A stretch of DNA of 63,909 bases, counting the filler, from Lenisia limosa (taxonomy: Eukaryota > Protista > Breviatea), in the NCBI GenBank assembly GCA_001655205.1. It is 14 parts of 14 records of this genome, joined end to end, with 100 filler letters (N's around TTAATTAATTAA, not from the genome) between each part and the next. Parts side by side here need not be neighbours in the genome. Positions count along the whole stretch, not along the records: positions 22,700 to 24,837 come from LPNZ01009240.1; positions 24,938 to 27,854 come from LPNZ01003581.1; positions 27,955 to 31,933 come from LPNZ01007380.1; positions 32,034 to 33,127 come from LPNZ01000833.1; positions 33,228 to 37,185 come from LPNZ01003932.1; positions 37,286 to 46,216 come from LPNZ01010917.1; 8 more parts are not named here. One strand, written 5' to 3'. The notes beneath the pieces are model-generated. The model did no database searches. It had not been told where the DNA came from and worked only from the letters and a program-made list of their open reading frames with translations. This document shows, piece after piece, positions 24,629-37,353 of the stretch. A program made the translations under genes and the position numbers. The number at the start of each line of letters is the position of its first letter. Positions within the stretch are counted from its first letter, which is position 1.

Positions 24629-24704
24629 ATCTGACCGAGATAAGTCTGAATAAATTTCCTTGGGAAATCACATAGCAAATCGGTCAGAACTTTCCCTGTC
24701 ACTG
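24629..24704. mobile_element. MITE family B copy (dynein intron)
   Basis: TGACCGAGATAAGTC...GGGAAATCACATAGCAAATCGGTCAG...TGTCACTG. Confidence 0.75.
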
Positions 24705-24937
24705 TTCATTAGTTCAATGGTGCCCCAATTTTCTAGTTACATACATAAATTTTCCAATTTCACCCTTTTTGTTTGTTTAAAGTCCTATTCGGTTCGTGAT
24801 TAGTACCATTACGCCAATATTCTTCATCGAAATTTCCNNNNNNNNNNNNNNNNNNNNNNNNNNNNNNNNNNNNNNNNNNNNTTAATTAATTAANNNNNNN
24901 NNNNNNNNNNNNNNNNNNNNNNNNNNNNNNNNNNNNN

Positions 24938-27817
24938 CCCCTCCTGACGCCGGTAGTGGACGTTAACCTTCCGCAATACGACCTAGTAATGAGGCAAAGG
25001 GTAGGCGGAGAGAATCATCTGACGATATCGGAACTTCTCCCTCGGTTCCAAAACTATACATCTGGGACCTAAATGGAAGCTGTAATATACCACATGAGTT
25101 AAAGCACATTAAGATCATAATCCATCTCTTCTCTTGTATATGAACTATTTGATATGTATGTAATATGTATATACTATATGATATATCGTATGATGATATC
25201 ATGTGATATAGTATCAATTCGGTTGAAGGGGAAGTATTATTCGGTTCGTTGAATTATCCAATTTCAAACCAGTGGAGTTGATTGCCAGGGGGGGGGGGGA
25301 CTTTTCACCAAAATTCTTCCTTGAATCACCTTTGTTTCACCCCCCCCCTCCCTCAGGTCAACGAAGTGTTTATGTATATTCGTGTTGTACCTGCTAGCAT
25401 GACCCCAGCTCATAACAGGTGAGGAAGGGTTGGGGATGGGAGCAGCTCATAACAGGTGAGGAAGGGTTGGGGATGGGAGAAGATAAGATATAAATATGAT
25501 ATCACGATTAAACTCCATAACTCTAAAATGGGTTAATAAAAGAGTTGAACCAATACCCAACTTATCGTGTCTTTTTAGTGTGATGGTGGACCCCGTAAAC
25601 GGAAGGTCCCGATATGCTGTACACCCCATGTTCGCCAACCACACCGTGAGAGGGGGGTACACTTGAAAAAACCCAATGGTGTCAGATTGGATCCCGATAA
25701 TCTGATAATCTTCAACTTTACATATCCATTTTCGAAGCTGCTCACATCCAAGGTTAACATGCAAGAGGATGATGACCATGCAATTACAAGCTTCGGTGGG
25801 GGGATAAACTTGACTTCAGTTCTCAAAAGTGTGGGGTTTTGATTAATTTACAAGTCACAAATACGATATCATATGTGTGTGTACATATATTCGTGATAAT
25901 GATGACCTAAAGGTGACGTAATACTATTTTGCTTACCATCTCTACATTGCCAGTATACTGACCGCTCAGCCGGGGGTATGACAGCCTCCCAGCCGCAGCC
26001 ACAGCAGCAAATGGGTTACGGCTCTCCAGTGCAACAGCATCACTTCCAACAACAGCAACAGCAGGTGGGTGGTATTTATGTGGAAAAAATAGACGAGAAG
26101 TGTCTGACCAGAGCTGTCGAATGCATGTATGGTACAGTTTTATGTGCAGCTCGTATCACTGTTCTGCTCGTTACCCCCCACTCGCCTTACACCACAGGCC
26201 CAGTACTCTGCAATGGCCCAACAACAGCAGCAAGTGTCCGCTTCCCAGAGCCCTGTGGTGGGATACGATGGAAATTTCGTTGTTGTTTTGTTCTTTTGTA
26301 CAATATTAAGTTAAATTATATGAGTCATAAACGGAAAGAAACCGTGACCCCGCCAATACTCTTCCAAATTGAGGTTGCTGAATCACCCCCCACCTAGCCT
26401 TTGTTCTGCTGGTTCTAAATCCTGGGCAGTCGTAATCGATGTCGTCTTCAAAATAGACATGAATTAATGTAACAATATGAAGAGTTTTGAAATGTCTTAC
26501 CCAGCAGCAGCCTATGGTGGCCAACAACGCGACCGCAGCAGCGAGTGCAACGGCAGCGGCCGTGGCTTCCGCCCAGCAGGCTGCCTCTGTTAACCAGTTC
26601 CAAGTGGGGGGGTGGGTCTCCGATGCATGGGATAAACAATAGGATTCCCTGCTCAATTCATCACTATTTTCCCAAATAACACGGAGTCCTAATCAGTAAA
26701 ACAGTGGTGGAAACAGTGAATATTGATGAAGGAGTGTAGCATTTAAGATGGAAAACCAGGCAAGTTTCGATATTCATACGTGCTTGGGTCTTTTGGGGAT
26801 GGCAAGGAATCAAGCCTCAAAGACCTCATGAAACTGCTGTTTTTATCCCCCCCCACCCCAGGCGGCAGTGCGAAGAGCCTCAATGGCGTCGGCAGGCGGA
26901 CAGAATATGTACTCCACAGTCCAGGCGGCAACGTGGGGTGTTTATGAGGGGTAGTTAGGGCTTCACTTCGGTTCGAAAAAAGACTGGATATCTCGATAAA
27001 TCGTCGAAAACTATCTATATTTTACCGATCTTTTTCGAACCAAAGTGAAGGGCCAGGGGTAGTCAATACAAGTTCAGATTTTTTTTTGTCTTAGCTAACA
27101 TGTTTAGAAGTCGGATGAGCAACAATCGAGCACATGCGGGCAGCCCTGACATGAGGCAACTCAGGAAACACAAATCAGGCATCGTAGATATCAGAGAGTG
27201 GGATTGTGGTTCATTTTGGGGAAAAGCATTGATTGGAATTATCGCTTGAGTTCTTCTAAGGATTGTAATGAGAGCAATGAAATTTCAGAGGGTTTTTTTT
27301 GTTCCTTTTGAAACATGTGGTCTCAAATGTATGTTTCAATACAAATCTCATACCCTTTTTTTGAGATTCATTTTTGGATAAAAATATAAACTACATCATA
27401 TCGATAAAATATATATTTATATGATATGCATTGTAGTATTTTGTTTTGCTGTTTTCACAAATGCGTAGCCAACAGGGCTAATTGTTTCATTTCATAAATT
27501 GTCTAATTTACCCCCCCCCCCCATCCAAAACTTATCCACCAGTGCCTCGGCGGTTGGCGGTCTCAACGCATACAACAGTGACTTAGGTCTCTGCGTCTCA
27601 ATAGACAACCTTGAACTCCCAACTCTCAACTTTGGAATCATTAAATGCGTCATTATTCTTCAAATTGGTGAGTACATTGAAGGTTGCTTCCTCCCCTTTT
27701 TCACATTCTGAAATGTACTTCTTTCCTCACCCCTTAACTTCGGATTCATCTTGGCTCTGTTGTCTAGATCAATGTACTAATGTCAGGGCCTCTGTCATAA
27801 ATATTGCTGGGTTGTGA
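24938..27817 (+). CDS. Hypothetical protein with Gln/Ala-rich low-complexity middle (partial)
   Basis: A series of + strand exons with GTGGG donors and poly-C acceptors: VMVDPVNGRSRYAVHPMFANHT; MTASQPQPQQQMGYGSPVQQHHFQQQQQQ; AQYSAMAQQQQQ; QQPMVANNATAAASATAAA; NSDLGLCVSIDNLELPTLNFGIIKCVIILQI-DQCTNVRASVINIAGL*. Whether all belong to one gene is inferred. Confidence 0.5.
26958..27053. mobile_element. MITE family A copy
   Basis: TA|GGGCTTCACTTCGGTTCGAAAAAAGAC...GATCTTTTTCGAACCAAAGTGAAG. Confidence 0.85.
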
Positions 27818-27954
27818 TTGAGTGCGCGTGTTCCTCTAAAAAACAGTCCCCCCANNNNNNNNNNNNNNNNNNNNNNNNNNNNNNNNNNNNNNNNNNNNTT
27901 AATTAATTAANNNNNNNNNNNNNNNNNNNNNNNNNNNNNNNNNNNNNNNNNNNN

Positions 27955-30900
27955 TGAAGCATTTGAATTATGGTATCAGCAGAGGTGCGATTGGCCCAAG
28001 GAAGCAAATTCACGCATTTCTTCAGGGCGTCTACTCGAGCAGCCCCGGTATATTGTCCTGGAATAATGTTATTTAACTTAACGGGCAACTAGCAAGGAAA
28101 AGATGTTTCATCTCCTTTCTGACCTTTTAAATATATTTATCTTGTGCTGTCAAAAAAAAAAAATATCAACGCTTCCTTTTATGGCATGTCTTACCCACCA
28201 TGAACTAAAAAGNNNNNNNNNNNNNNNNNNNNNNNNNNNNNNNNNNNNNNNNNNNNNNNNNNNNNNNNNNNNNNNNNNNNNNNNNNNNNNNNNNNNNNNN
28301 NNNNNNNNNNNNNNNNNNNNNNNNNNNNNNNNNNNNNNNNNNNNNNNNNCCATCACGCTTATAAGATATATTGGATTATACTAGTATAATATCCTTGCAA
28401 CTCTGTGTACACAGCTTTCTGCGTGCCTCCCCAGATACCCCACCCGCGTCAGCCCAGTGTGATGTTAGACCCTGGCATAATAGGGGGTCCGGGAGGGCTG
28501 CCAGCCACTTCTTGATAACCTGGGGGAGTAAAACGAAGGAAACTTCTAAAACAAATTTCCGTAGCCTGGGGGGTTACACACTCACTCTCTCTCTCTCTGT
28601 ACCCACCTCTGCCGCGGCATGTGGACTGCTGCAAAGATCAACCTTCGGCATTATGCCGGCATTGGCCTCCGAAATTAGTCGTGACACCTCGTTGGCGGTT
28701 CCAGGCAAGATGAAGAGCCATTGCGTGGATAGGGCTGGGTGAGGAGTAAAATTGGAAAATTTTGCACAAAATAAACAGCCCAAAATCAACGCTGTTGGCT
28801 ACGAGTGTTGAGAACACCAACACAAAAACTAAGGGAGTGTTATAACGAGAATGAAAGAGGGAGGTATGATATTGTATACTTGAGATTAAAAATAAAAAAC
28901 AAATTGTTTTCTGGCCGAGAATTATACTATATAAAAGGCAAAATGAAGGATGGGGGGGGGGGGNNNNNNNNNNNNNNNNNNNNNNNNNNNNNNNNNNNNN
29001 NNNNNNNNNNNNNNNNNNNNNNNNNNNNNGAAATCAAACAAGGTTGTACCAAAGCAAAATAGAATTCACCCAATCCTAATTCCCGTCCAACAACATGATA
29101 CTTCCACCTCTAATGGGTGGTCTAAATTCGAGATACCCCCCCCCCACCATTTGTGCAAATATAGGAAATAAGAGATGCGATTTGTGGAGGCAACCCCCCG
29201 TCAACTGACACTATCTAAAATCGTAAATAGTTGTGTGAAGGTCGGCTCAGATCATAAAAATATTGTAATACAATAAAACCGACAAACCACTGCCTTTCTT
29301 TTTGGCCATACCCAACTGGGTGCGATTGATTTTTATTTTTTTTTAGTTAAAATAAGTAAAAAGTGTATTATTTTTTTTAAAAAAAAAATTATTAGATAAA
29401 AAAAGCTAAAAATAGTTAAAATTATATTTTATCAATCGCTCATTAAAATTTTTACTTATTTTATTAAAAAAAAATCAATCGCACCCTTTGATAGGAATTT
29501 TAGGGGAGGGAGGAGGGGGAGATGCATATAGTGGTATATATACAGATGTAGCAACAGACCTACTCACCGTTATAACACAAAACCCAATAAATCTCTAGCA
29601 TAGCCCTTACTAACATAAGAACACCATCATAACACAACAATGGGGGGGGGGAGTAAAATTGGATATTTTATGAAACAAAATAAAAGGCCCAAATCAACTC
29701 TTGTTGGCTGACAACACGAACAACAAAACAAACAAAGCCCANNNNNNNNNNNNNNNNNNNNNNNNNNNNNNNNNNNNNNNNNNNNNNNNNNNNNNNNNNN
29801 NNNNNNNNNNNNNNNNNNNNNNNGTCAAGTGGCCGGCCAAACAGGGGTGACGGGATTGAGGGATCTAACGAACCCATCGCTGCAGATCAACCACCACAAA
29901 AAGGGAGAACACAGCGATGTGCGGTTCTATTCCCCAGTAACCCGGTTTTACTTCATTATCTTGCAGTTGTGACAGAAGATAAAGAGGTCGGACTACGATT
30001 CTCTCTGTAGAACAGTAAAACGATTTCTGAAAAGAGATCTTTGAGAGACCTGAGGTTTATACCTTTACACCACCACAAGCAAAATTGACTAAACTCAAAT
30101 ATGTTCAGAAAGAGTGAGAAATATCATAACGAAAATATTAAAAGGAAAATCCTGGTACATTGTTTTGAAAGTGTAGATGGATCATGCCATTTGCCATTGT
30201 CCATTGCCATGCCATATTGCCATATGTTATAAAGTATTGAAGAATAAAATTATTTGTTGATTCTATTTCATATTTATATATTAGATATATCGTATCTATT
30301 AATATATATATATGATATATATATCATGTATATATTGATATATGGCATATAATGTTTGTATGTGCTTCAGACTCAGTGAATTGTCAGAGACAGGTCAGAG
30401 CAAAGCTGTCAGAGAAGGTTTGGTGAAGGTTCTAAAGGATGCTAATTGAGACTCATTTGAAGCCAAGCAGCTTGCCCCCACCCTGACAACGAGCAATAAA
30501 CAACACTGACAACATCCCCGCCTCCTTTGAAACAGGACTAGAAATACATGACAAGAAAGAAGGGACCTAATAGTAATACGGCTGCTGGTAGTTGTTGTAC
30601 TGGTCGTAGCCTCCGGGTTGTTGCGGCGGCATACCACGTGAACCGCCTTGGTATGGCCCGCGATTCCGCTCGTGACCTGGGGGCGGCCTGGGGGGGGGGT
30701 AAAATTGGNNNNNNNNNNNNNNNNNNNNNNNNNNNNNNNNNNNNNNNNNNNNNNNNNNNNNNNNNNTGGTATTATTTCTTTCATAAAAAAAGTGGATAGA
30801 TAAAGAAAACTAGGGTGACCCCCGCTTACATTTGTTGCATGCTGTTGTATTGATTTGGGTTTGGAGGGGGAGGACCATGGCGGTAGCCGCCGGGAGGCTG

Positions 30901-31933
30901 GAGGAAAATAAGAATTAGGGAAGTTAAATATCCGAAACAAAAGATAACCATCATATTTCATAATCATACGTCAGTTAGCATTCATCCCAAAAAGTTACAA
31001 TTATGTAAGTTGACAATCATAAGAAAGTTAGCAATCATCCTAAACAATAAACTAGTTAAAAAAAAGTTCCCCAAGGATTTCGTGGATTTCAATCATTTCT
31101 ATCAAACTTGGAACATACCAAAAGGGGTAATTGCCAAAAGAGGAAGGTAAACACATCCCCTAACCTGGTTCATTGGAGGGGGCATGCTTTGCATGTTTGG
31201 ATGATTACCCTACAGTGTGTGAGAAATGGAATTGATTTCAATGAAGATCATGTAAAGGGGAGTAAACTGACGAAAATTTCGATGAAAATATTGGCGTAAA
31301 GGTACTAATCACGAACCGAATAATCTGAAACTCCAAAAAATGGACGCGGTGAAAGTGTAATTATAGTAATGATATGTGATAGTAGTATATGTTATAGCAA
31401 TGAGAAATAAAAAAAAAACAAGGCTTGTATCTGGCTGAAGCCGTCCATACCACAAATATTGAATTATAGTATAATTTTTAATTCAGCCGATCATTACTCA
31501 TATAATACATTATACGTATTCCTTAAAAAACCCCGCAAATACCATTGACGGGGGCCCTCCCGGTTGCTGTGGGAACCTGAATTGAGGCATGGCCATTGGA
31601 GGGGCGAGCATTGGGGGTGGCTGAAGTGTTAATTTGCTTTGATGATTGTTATTTCAACTGATGATGAACTATTACAGATGATATATGATAACTATTGTTT
31701 TGGTTTATTATTAACTTCCATATATGAGGAATATGATATGATGGTTAACTATTGTTCAGGATGATTGATAATTTTCATATGATTGTTAATTTTCACCATA
31801 AAGTAACTCACCACCACCTCCAGACCCTACCCTCCAGACCCTACCTGGTTGAAGTTGAAGTTGGATCTGTTCTGGGGCATGGAAGGTGGAGGCTTGTTGA
31901 GGGGCTTTTGCTGAGGCTGACGTTGCTCGGGTT
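27955..31933 (-). CDS. RhoGAP-domain protein with Pro/Gln-rich N-terminus; arginine finger replaced (partial)
   Basis: Pro/Gln-rich exons (31930-30590), then SPLFGRPLD, GLPPQIASLISYICTN-ALSTQWLFILPGTANEVSRLISEANAGIMPKVDLCSSPHAAAE (28734-28607), VIKKWLAALPDPLL and ALKKCVNLLPWANR. These RhoGAP motifs appear in the correct order. Confidence 0.82.
29318..29486. mobile_element. Single-copy MITE-like element with AT-rich core (RhoGAP intron)
   Basis: 17-bp perfect inverted repeat GGGTGCGATTGATTTTT...AAAAATCAATCGCACCC; no TSD recognised. Confidence 0.55.
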
Positions 31934-32084
31934 NNNNNNNNNNNNNNNNNNNNNNNNNNNNNNNNNNNNNNNNNNNNTTAATTAATTAANNNNNNNNNNN
32001 NNNNNNNNNNNNNNNNNNNNNNNNNNNNNNNNNGACGATGGGTTGAGGAAGAAGGTTTTTTTTTTTTTACCTTGAGCTGTGTTG

Positions 32085-32210
32085 ATTGTTTTAAAGGTCA
32101 TGGGACTGAGTATTTGTTTTCGAGGTCATGTTATGGAGTGAGTATTTGTTTTAAAGGTCATGTTATGGAGTGAGTATTTGTTTTCGAGGTCATGTTATGG
32201 AGTGACTATG
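32085..32210. repeat. Tandem repeat, ~4 x 33 bp
   Basis: Unit approximately TTTT(AA/CG)AGGTCATGTTATGGAGTGAGTATTTG. Confidence 0.8.
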
Positions 32211-32396
32211 GTATCCGTGTGCACAGAGTTGTAAGGCAAATGATTAGGTGGATTCATGCAATACTCCAATATCTCTTATAAGCGTGATAGTGAGGATGGC
32301 TTCGGCCAGAGACAACCTTATTTTTTATTTCTCATTGCTATATAATTTATATGATATCATATAATATATATATATATATATGGTTCATGCGACTAG

Positions 32397-33127
32397 GGTG
32401 CCGACGAGATGGACTACTTTGAAGGATTGCTGGTTCTGCACAAAATATGCCACTTCTACCACAAATTCTCCCCAGATGACTTGGTGCGGTGGGGAAAAGG
32501 TTGTCAATAAAAAATATATCTTTTTGTTCTATATAAGATAATTTTATTTTATTTCGGGGGGGGGTTGTCTCATAAATTTCCCATCCTCACCTCCCCACTC
32601 AGACTGGCCAAAAGCTGCTTGACCGCCCGGTATTCGACCCTGGTGCCACTGTGTTTCCTGAGGTTGGATTCTTGCTATTCAATTCAATAGGTGGAATTAG
32701 GCACATTGCAGAAGCAAATTTGATAATGAGAGCCTAGGGTATATCATATGTAGAAATTAGGAAAATACAGTGACCTTGATAAGGCTTGACCTATTTTCCT
32801 TGGGAAATCACATAGCAAATCGGTCAAGAACTTATCCCTGTCACTGTAGACGCTACCAAGCTGAAGTCGTCCACACCATTACGCTGATAAGAGATCACCT
32901 TTCAATCACTGTTTTGTTTGTTTTGTTGTTTTAAACACATGTGTGTTTCGAATATGGTAACCCGACAGAGATTATTCACACTGTATTATATGCATATGAA
33001 TATTTATTTCATACAAATTTCCATTTTTACTCTGCCCTCTCTCCCCAGGACTATCTTTCAATGTCTCTTTCGGACTTCTTCATTGCCTCGTCGCATAACA
33101 CGTATCTGATGGGTGACCAGCTGACGT
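32397..33127 (+). CDS. Phosphoinositide-specific phospholipase C, fragment (start of X domain)
   Basis: Last exon DYLSMSLSDFFIASSHNTYLMGDQLT matches the PI-PLC X-box start (SSHNTYL.GDQL). Two upstream exons with canonical splice sites. Confidence 0.88.
32768..32846. mobile_element. MITE family B copy (PLC intron)
   Basis: 79 bp; TA|CAGTGACCTTGATAAGGCTTGACC...GGTCAAGAACTTATCCCTGTCACTG|TA; Tc1-like CAGT ends. Confidence 0.88.
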
Positions 33128-33229
33128 NNNNNNNNNNNNNNNNNNNNNNNNNNNNNNNNNNNNNNNNNNNNTTAATTAATTAANNNNNNNNNNNNNNNNN
33201 NNNNNNNNNNNNNNNNNNNNNNNNNNNAC

Positions 33230-35013
33230 CTAGACAATTCACAAATCCGGCGGTGACGTCATCAGTAGTCACTGTCAGGTTCTGCCAGGTACCGGATAGA
33301 CCACGATACTATATTATTACATCATGAAACTAATGTAAAAAAAGTGCCAATATCATACTATCTATCAATGTAAAATAAAAAACAAGGTTGTATCTGGCCG
33401 ATCACGCTTATAAGAGATATTGGATGAGAGTATAATATCAATTCACCTTTTCATATTATTGCATTGGTCACCAATGTGAAAACGGCGGCTATACACTATG
33501 ATATCTCTATATTACTACATTATGCAAATAATGTAATACTGACGAGACTATACATAGTACATACTAAATATTACATTATGCAAATAATGTGAAAATGAGA
33601 CTTCTGTGAAAAGATAAAATATAGGAATGTTTTATTATCAGAATTTTCAACATATCATAATATGACATATAATATTATATTCTACCCTACGTTCCCAAAA
33701 AAGACTGAATTTCTCGATAAATCCTCGATAAATATCGATATTTTCACGGTCTTTTTCGGACCGTAGGGAAGCCCTATTGGTAGGATACGCATATTGTGCA
33801 CTGACCGCAATATGTCCTGGCAGCTCTAATCTACCCCCCCCTCCCCCGAACTCCAACTAACCTCTATCCAAAACTCATCAAGACTTGCCGAAATTGAGGA
33901 AAGGTCTAAAACCCCGTCTCCTTTATACTCGGCCTTTTCTGTCACTAAAAGGGTAACTTCCTTATTTGGATACTCTTTATTTGGATTCTCTCACAAAAAA
34001 ATAAAAAATTAGAGATTCATCAATAAAAATGAAATAACTACATGAAATGAAACACCCTTCCCCTCATTACATTTTCACCTCACCCAACATACACAATCTG
34101 AGATACACCTCAAGTGTGTTTAAACCTGAGGAGGCGGTGAAAAAAGGAAATGAAGAAAAAAAACGAATAAAACAAAACCCGGGGGGGGGGGGGNNNNNNN
34201 NNNNNNNNNNNNNNNNNNNNNNNNNNNNNNNNNNNNNNNNNNNNNNNNNNNNNNNNNNNNNNNNNNNNNNNNNNNNNNNNNNNNNNNNNNNNNCCCCAAC
34301 CCTCAATATAACCATATAAACCCACCCTCAATATAACCATATAAACCCACCCTCAATAGAGGTGGTGCCGTCCGATTTGAGGGAAACTGGCGCGGCCGTA
34401 ACTGCCACACTAAATCGTCACAAAAACAATAATGGTAATATGATCAGTCGTTACTAATATCGGTAAAATGAGAAACACTTGCAGTCGTTGCTACTCCTGA
34501 AAACTGACTGAATATGTTGACTTGATAAAAGGACTAATCGATGGTTTTTTTGGACCTAAATTATTTGGTCCGCTCTAATGAGAGTATACTGTTAATCACC
34601 CAATCATTAGCCAAACACAAACAATTATTGCGAGTAAGTACCTTGATGTTCAAAAGTACCAACTTCCATCTTCAAACATTGATGTAAATATCCCCCAAAC
34701 ATTAAAGTGATTGCACACAGCCATGACCATGTCGCAACCAGATTCATCTTTTGAACTTCAAACCAAGGGGTTCGTCTGTTGGACAACTGCTTTGCAAATC
34801 TATAAATTCTTCTAATATCTTCTTCCCAACTTCTTCCTGTCTTCTTCCTCCTACTCTCGCTTCTTCTTCAAACAACAACCCAAAAAGCTGCCAAAAAGCC
34901 AAAAACATGCCAAAAAGAGCAGAAGCGCGGGATGTCGGATGTCAGGTACCGATCAAGATCAAAATGAGGCTCGGAGCATTCCCCAAAAGACCAACAATGT
35001 TCAAACGCGCCAT
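33230..35013 (-). CDS. Hypothetical membrane protein (partial)
   Basis: ATG 35013 gives MARLNIVGLLGNAPSLILILIG, then IYRFAKQLSNRRTPWFEVQKMNLVATWSWLCAITLMFGGYLHQCL and several small exons. Hydrophobic segments; family not recognised. Confidence 0.45.
33679..33774. mobile_element. MITE family A copy
   Basis: CCCTACGTTCCCAAAAAAGAC...GTCTTTTTCGGACCGTAGGGAAGCCC|TA. Confidence 0.8.
34295..34358. repeat. Tandem repeat, ~2.5 x 25 bp
   Basis: CCCACCCTCAATATAACCATATAAA. Confidence 0.8.
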
Positions 35014-35167
35014 TTTTTGCCCGTTGGTTGGTTTATTGCTTATTAGTTGTAAAAACTTTTGATAGACACAAGGTTGTGGTCGAAGTTAAGAATGAGCCTT
35101 AGGTAAATGTTCAAAGATGTTGATTGCGCGTTGAATCGAATGAGCTAGGGCTGTTCTAGCAGTTACC

Positions 35168-37169
35168 ATGGCTTTTGAAGGCAATGATAATGTGATACTA
35201 GATGGGATTTTCTTGAGAGGTTCACAGAAGGTCAAACTTACTCTGTATTCCACTCATCTTCGCGTTTGCCCCGTTGGGAAGAGTAAAAAAGGTATGTTTT
35301 TCATTTGACCTGGCTGTAACCCTCTTAGCAACTCTCTACAATTGGGATACTCACCTCATTGGTGCACTATGTGGCTCTCAGACCGCCAGAATGGGTTCTA
35401 TGCTCGAGGTTGCGGTCCTTAAGGGGTCGTTCAAGCTTGAGAAAAGGTATGCCTTGGCAACTGGTCTTTAATAACTTCTTAAGACACAAGGTGAAAAGGA
35501 CTCGATTGCTCTTTGAGGTGCCTGGAGATCAGGATGGCCCGGAATGGGTCACCAAGATAAGGCACGTAGCTGCTGGAACCCCTGATGGTATGTTCTGGCC
35601 GTGGCTATGATGTTGGTGTGTTGGTGGCTTCTCATTAATCACACTACCGCCAATATCCTTATTTATGTGATGTTGTGTACGGGTTCGGCTTGATATTAGT
35701 ATTCATTTATCGTGCATTCGGGATGGTACTTTAATAGTGATAACAGAGTAGTAAGGCAAATGATTGGGTGAATTAATATACTTAATCCAATATCTCGTAT
35801 AAGGGTGATGGGTTTCTCTTATAATCGTGATGATACTTTCATTGATTTCTCTGTCTCTTAATCATGATGGAGTGGCGGTTGCCAACCATAATCAATATAT
35901 CTCTTCTTAGCGTGATGGTGTGGACAGTTTCGGCCAGATACTATAATCAAATCCCTGATAGCGTCATTTCGGCCTGATACTGATAGATAAGTTTGTACAC
36001 TATTGAGCATGTTAATGGGATTCAAAAGATTCAGAATTTTATTCTGAACCTGTTTTTCACTTCGGCTCAAATTGTGAGGATTGTACTAATATAGGCCCTA
36101 CTTATAATGTACCCCCCAGGTCCCCAAACACGCCCGCCGCACCTCCTGTGTATAGTCAGCCCGGCTAGTGGACAGGGTGCCGGAAGCAGTATTTGGGAGA
36201 ACTCCGTGATGCCAGTTCTGCGCGCGGCCGGAATGACCTATGATATGATCTGTTGGGGGGGAGGGGTAGTCAGTTAATATTTGATTTTGTTCATATAATC
36301 AGTTAGTACATGTTTCCAACACAAGTCAGCCAGTTGAACTATAGTGTTTCACATCGGTTCCAAAGAAAACAGTTAAATATCGATAGTCTTCGAAGATTAA
36401 TCGAAATTCAGTCTTTTTTTGAACTGAAGTGAAGCCCCATGTTCCATTNNNNNNNNNNNNNNNNNNNNNNNNNNNNNNNNNNNNNNNNNNNNNNNNNNNN
36501 NNNNNNNNNNNNNNNNNNNNNNNNNNNNNNNNNNNNNNNNNNNNNNNNNNNNNNNNNNNNNNNNNNNNNNNNNNNNNNNNNNNNNNNNNNNGGCCATGCA
36601 ATTGACACAGTGAAGAGAATCGAGCTCAGTGCCCATCAAGGCATTGTGGGTGGTGGTGAAGGCGTTGTTCACTTTATCAAATTGCTAGGGCTCCTTGCGG
36701 TTCGGGAAAGACCGTAAAGTATCGATATTTATCGAAGATTTATTGAGAAATTTAGTCTTTTATTGGGACCGTAGGGAAACCCAACAAACTACCGAGCGAA
36801 CTTATTAAAACAAATTTGATAAATAATAAACCTAGGTGGTCGTTGGGGGAGACGGTCTTCTCTCCGAAGTCCTGCAGGGCTTGGACCACCATTATATCAA
36901 CCCGGGCCAGGCCGTGAAAACCCCGTTCTCCATCATTCCTGCTGGTTTGCTACTTTGGATTGTAATTTCGTAAATATATCAGTCATGTCTCCCCGTATTG
37001 CAATTTTACAGTTCTATGATTCTGTGTTCCTTTTTTGAAGCACCTTATGACTTTCTATTTCGAGCGTCTCGCTATATTCCTCTTAAAACTCCAATAGGTT
37101 CTGCGAATGGAGTGGCCTACTCCCTTGGCCTTACGTCACCTCTCATAGCAGCAGTAGCGGCAGCGAAGG
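35168..37169 (+). CDS. Sphingosine kinase / ceramide kinase family (DAGKc domain) with N-terminal PH-like region, partial
   Basis: RPPHLLCIVSPASGQG, VMPVLRAAGMTYDMI, GHAIDTVKRIELSAHQGI, VVVGGDGLLSEVLQG, FSIIPAGSANGVAYSL. These are the conserved C1-C3 motifs of the SphK/CERK family. Confidence 0.9.
36344..36437. mobile_element. MITE family A copy (sphingosine kinase intron)
   Basis: TA|GTGTTTCACATCGG...CTGAAGTGAAGCCC. Confidence 0.75.
36688..36782. mobile_element. MITE family A copy (sphingosine kinase intron)
   Basis: TA|GGGCTCCTTGCGG...GGACCGTAGGGAAACCC. Confidence 0.75.
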
Positions 37170-37353
37170 GTAGGAGAGAGGGGGANNNNNNNNNNNNNNN
37201 NNNNNNNNNNNNNNNNNNNNNNNNNNNNNTTAATTAATTAANNNNNNNNNNNNNNNNNNNNNNNNNNNNNNNNNNNNNNNNNNNNGATACAACCTTATTT
37301 TTTACTATATATATATCTACACTGATACGAGATAATCACGTAACGCATTACAG

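Noticed and set aside
24963-25826. Minus-strand gene suggested by the ORF track
   Set aside because: Poly-C acceptors and GTGGG donors here are on the plus strand, consistent with the downstream Gln-rich gene.
26958-27053. tRNA-like GGTTCGAA in family A
   Set aside because: It is part of the TIR, with no cloverleaf or A-box.
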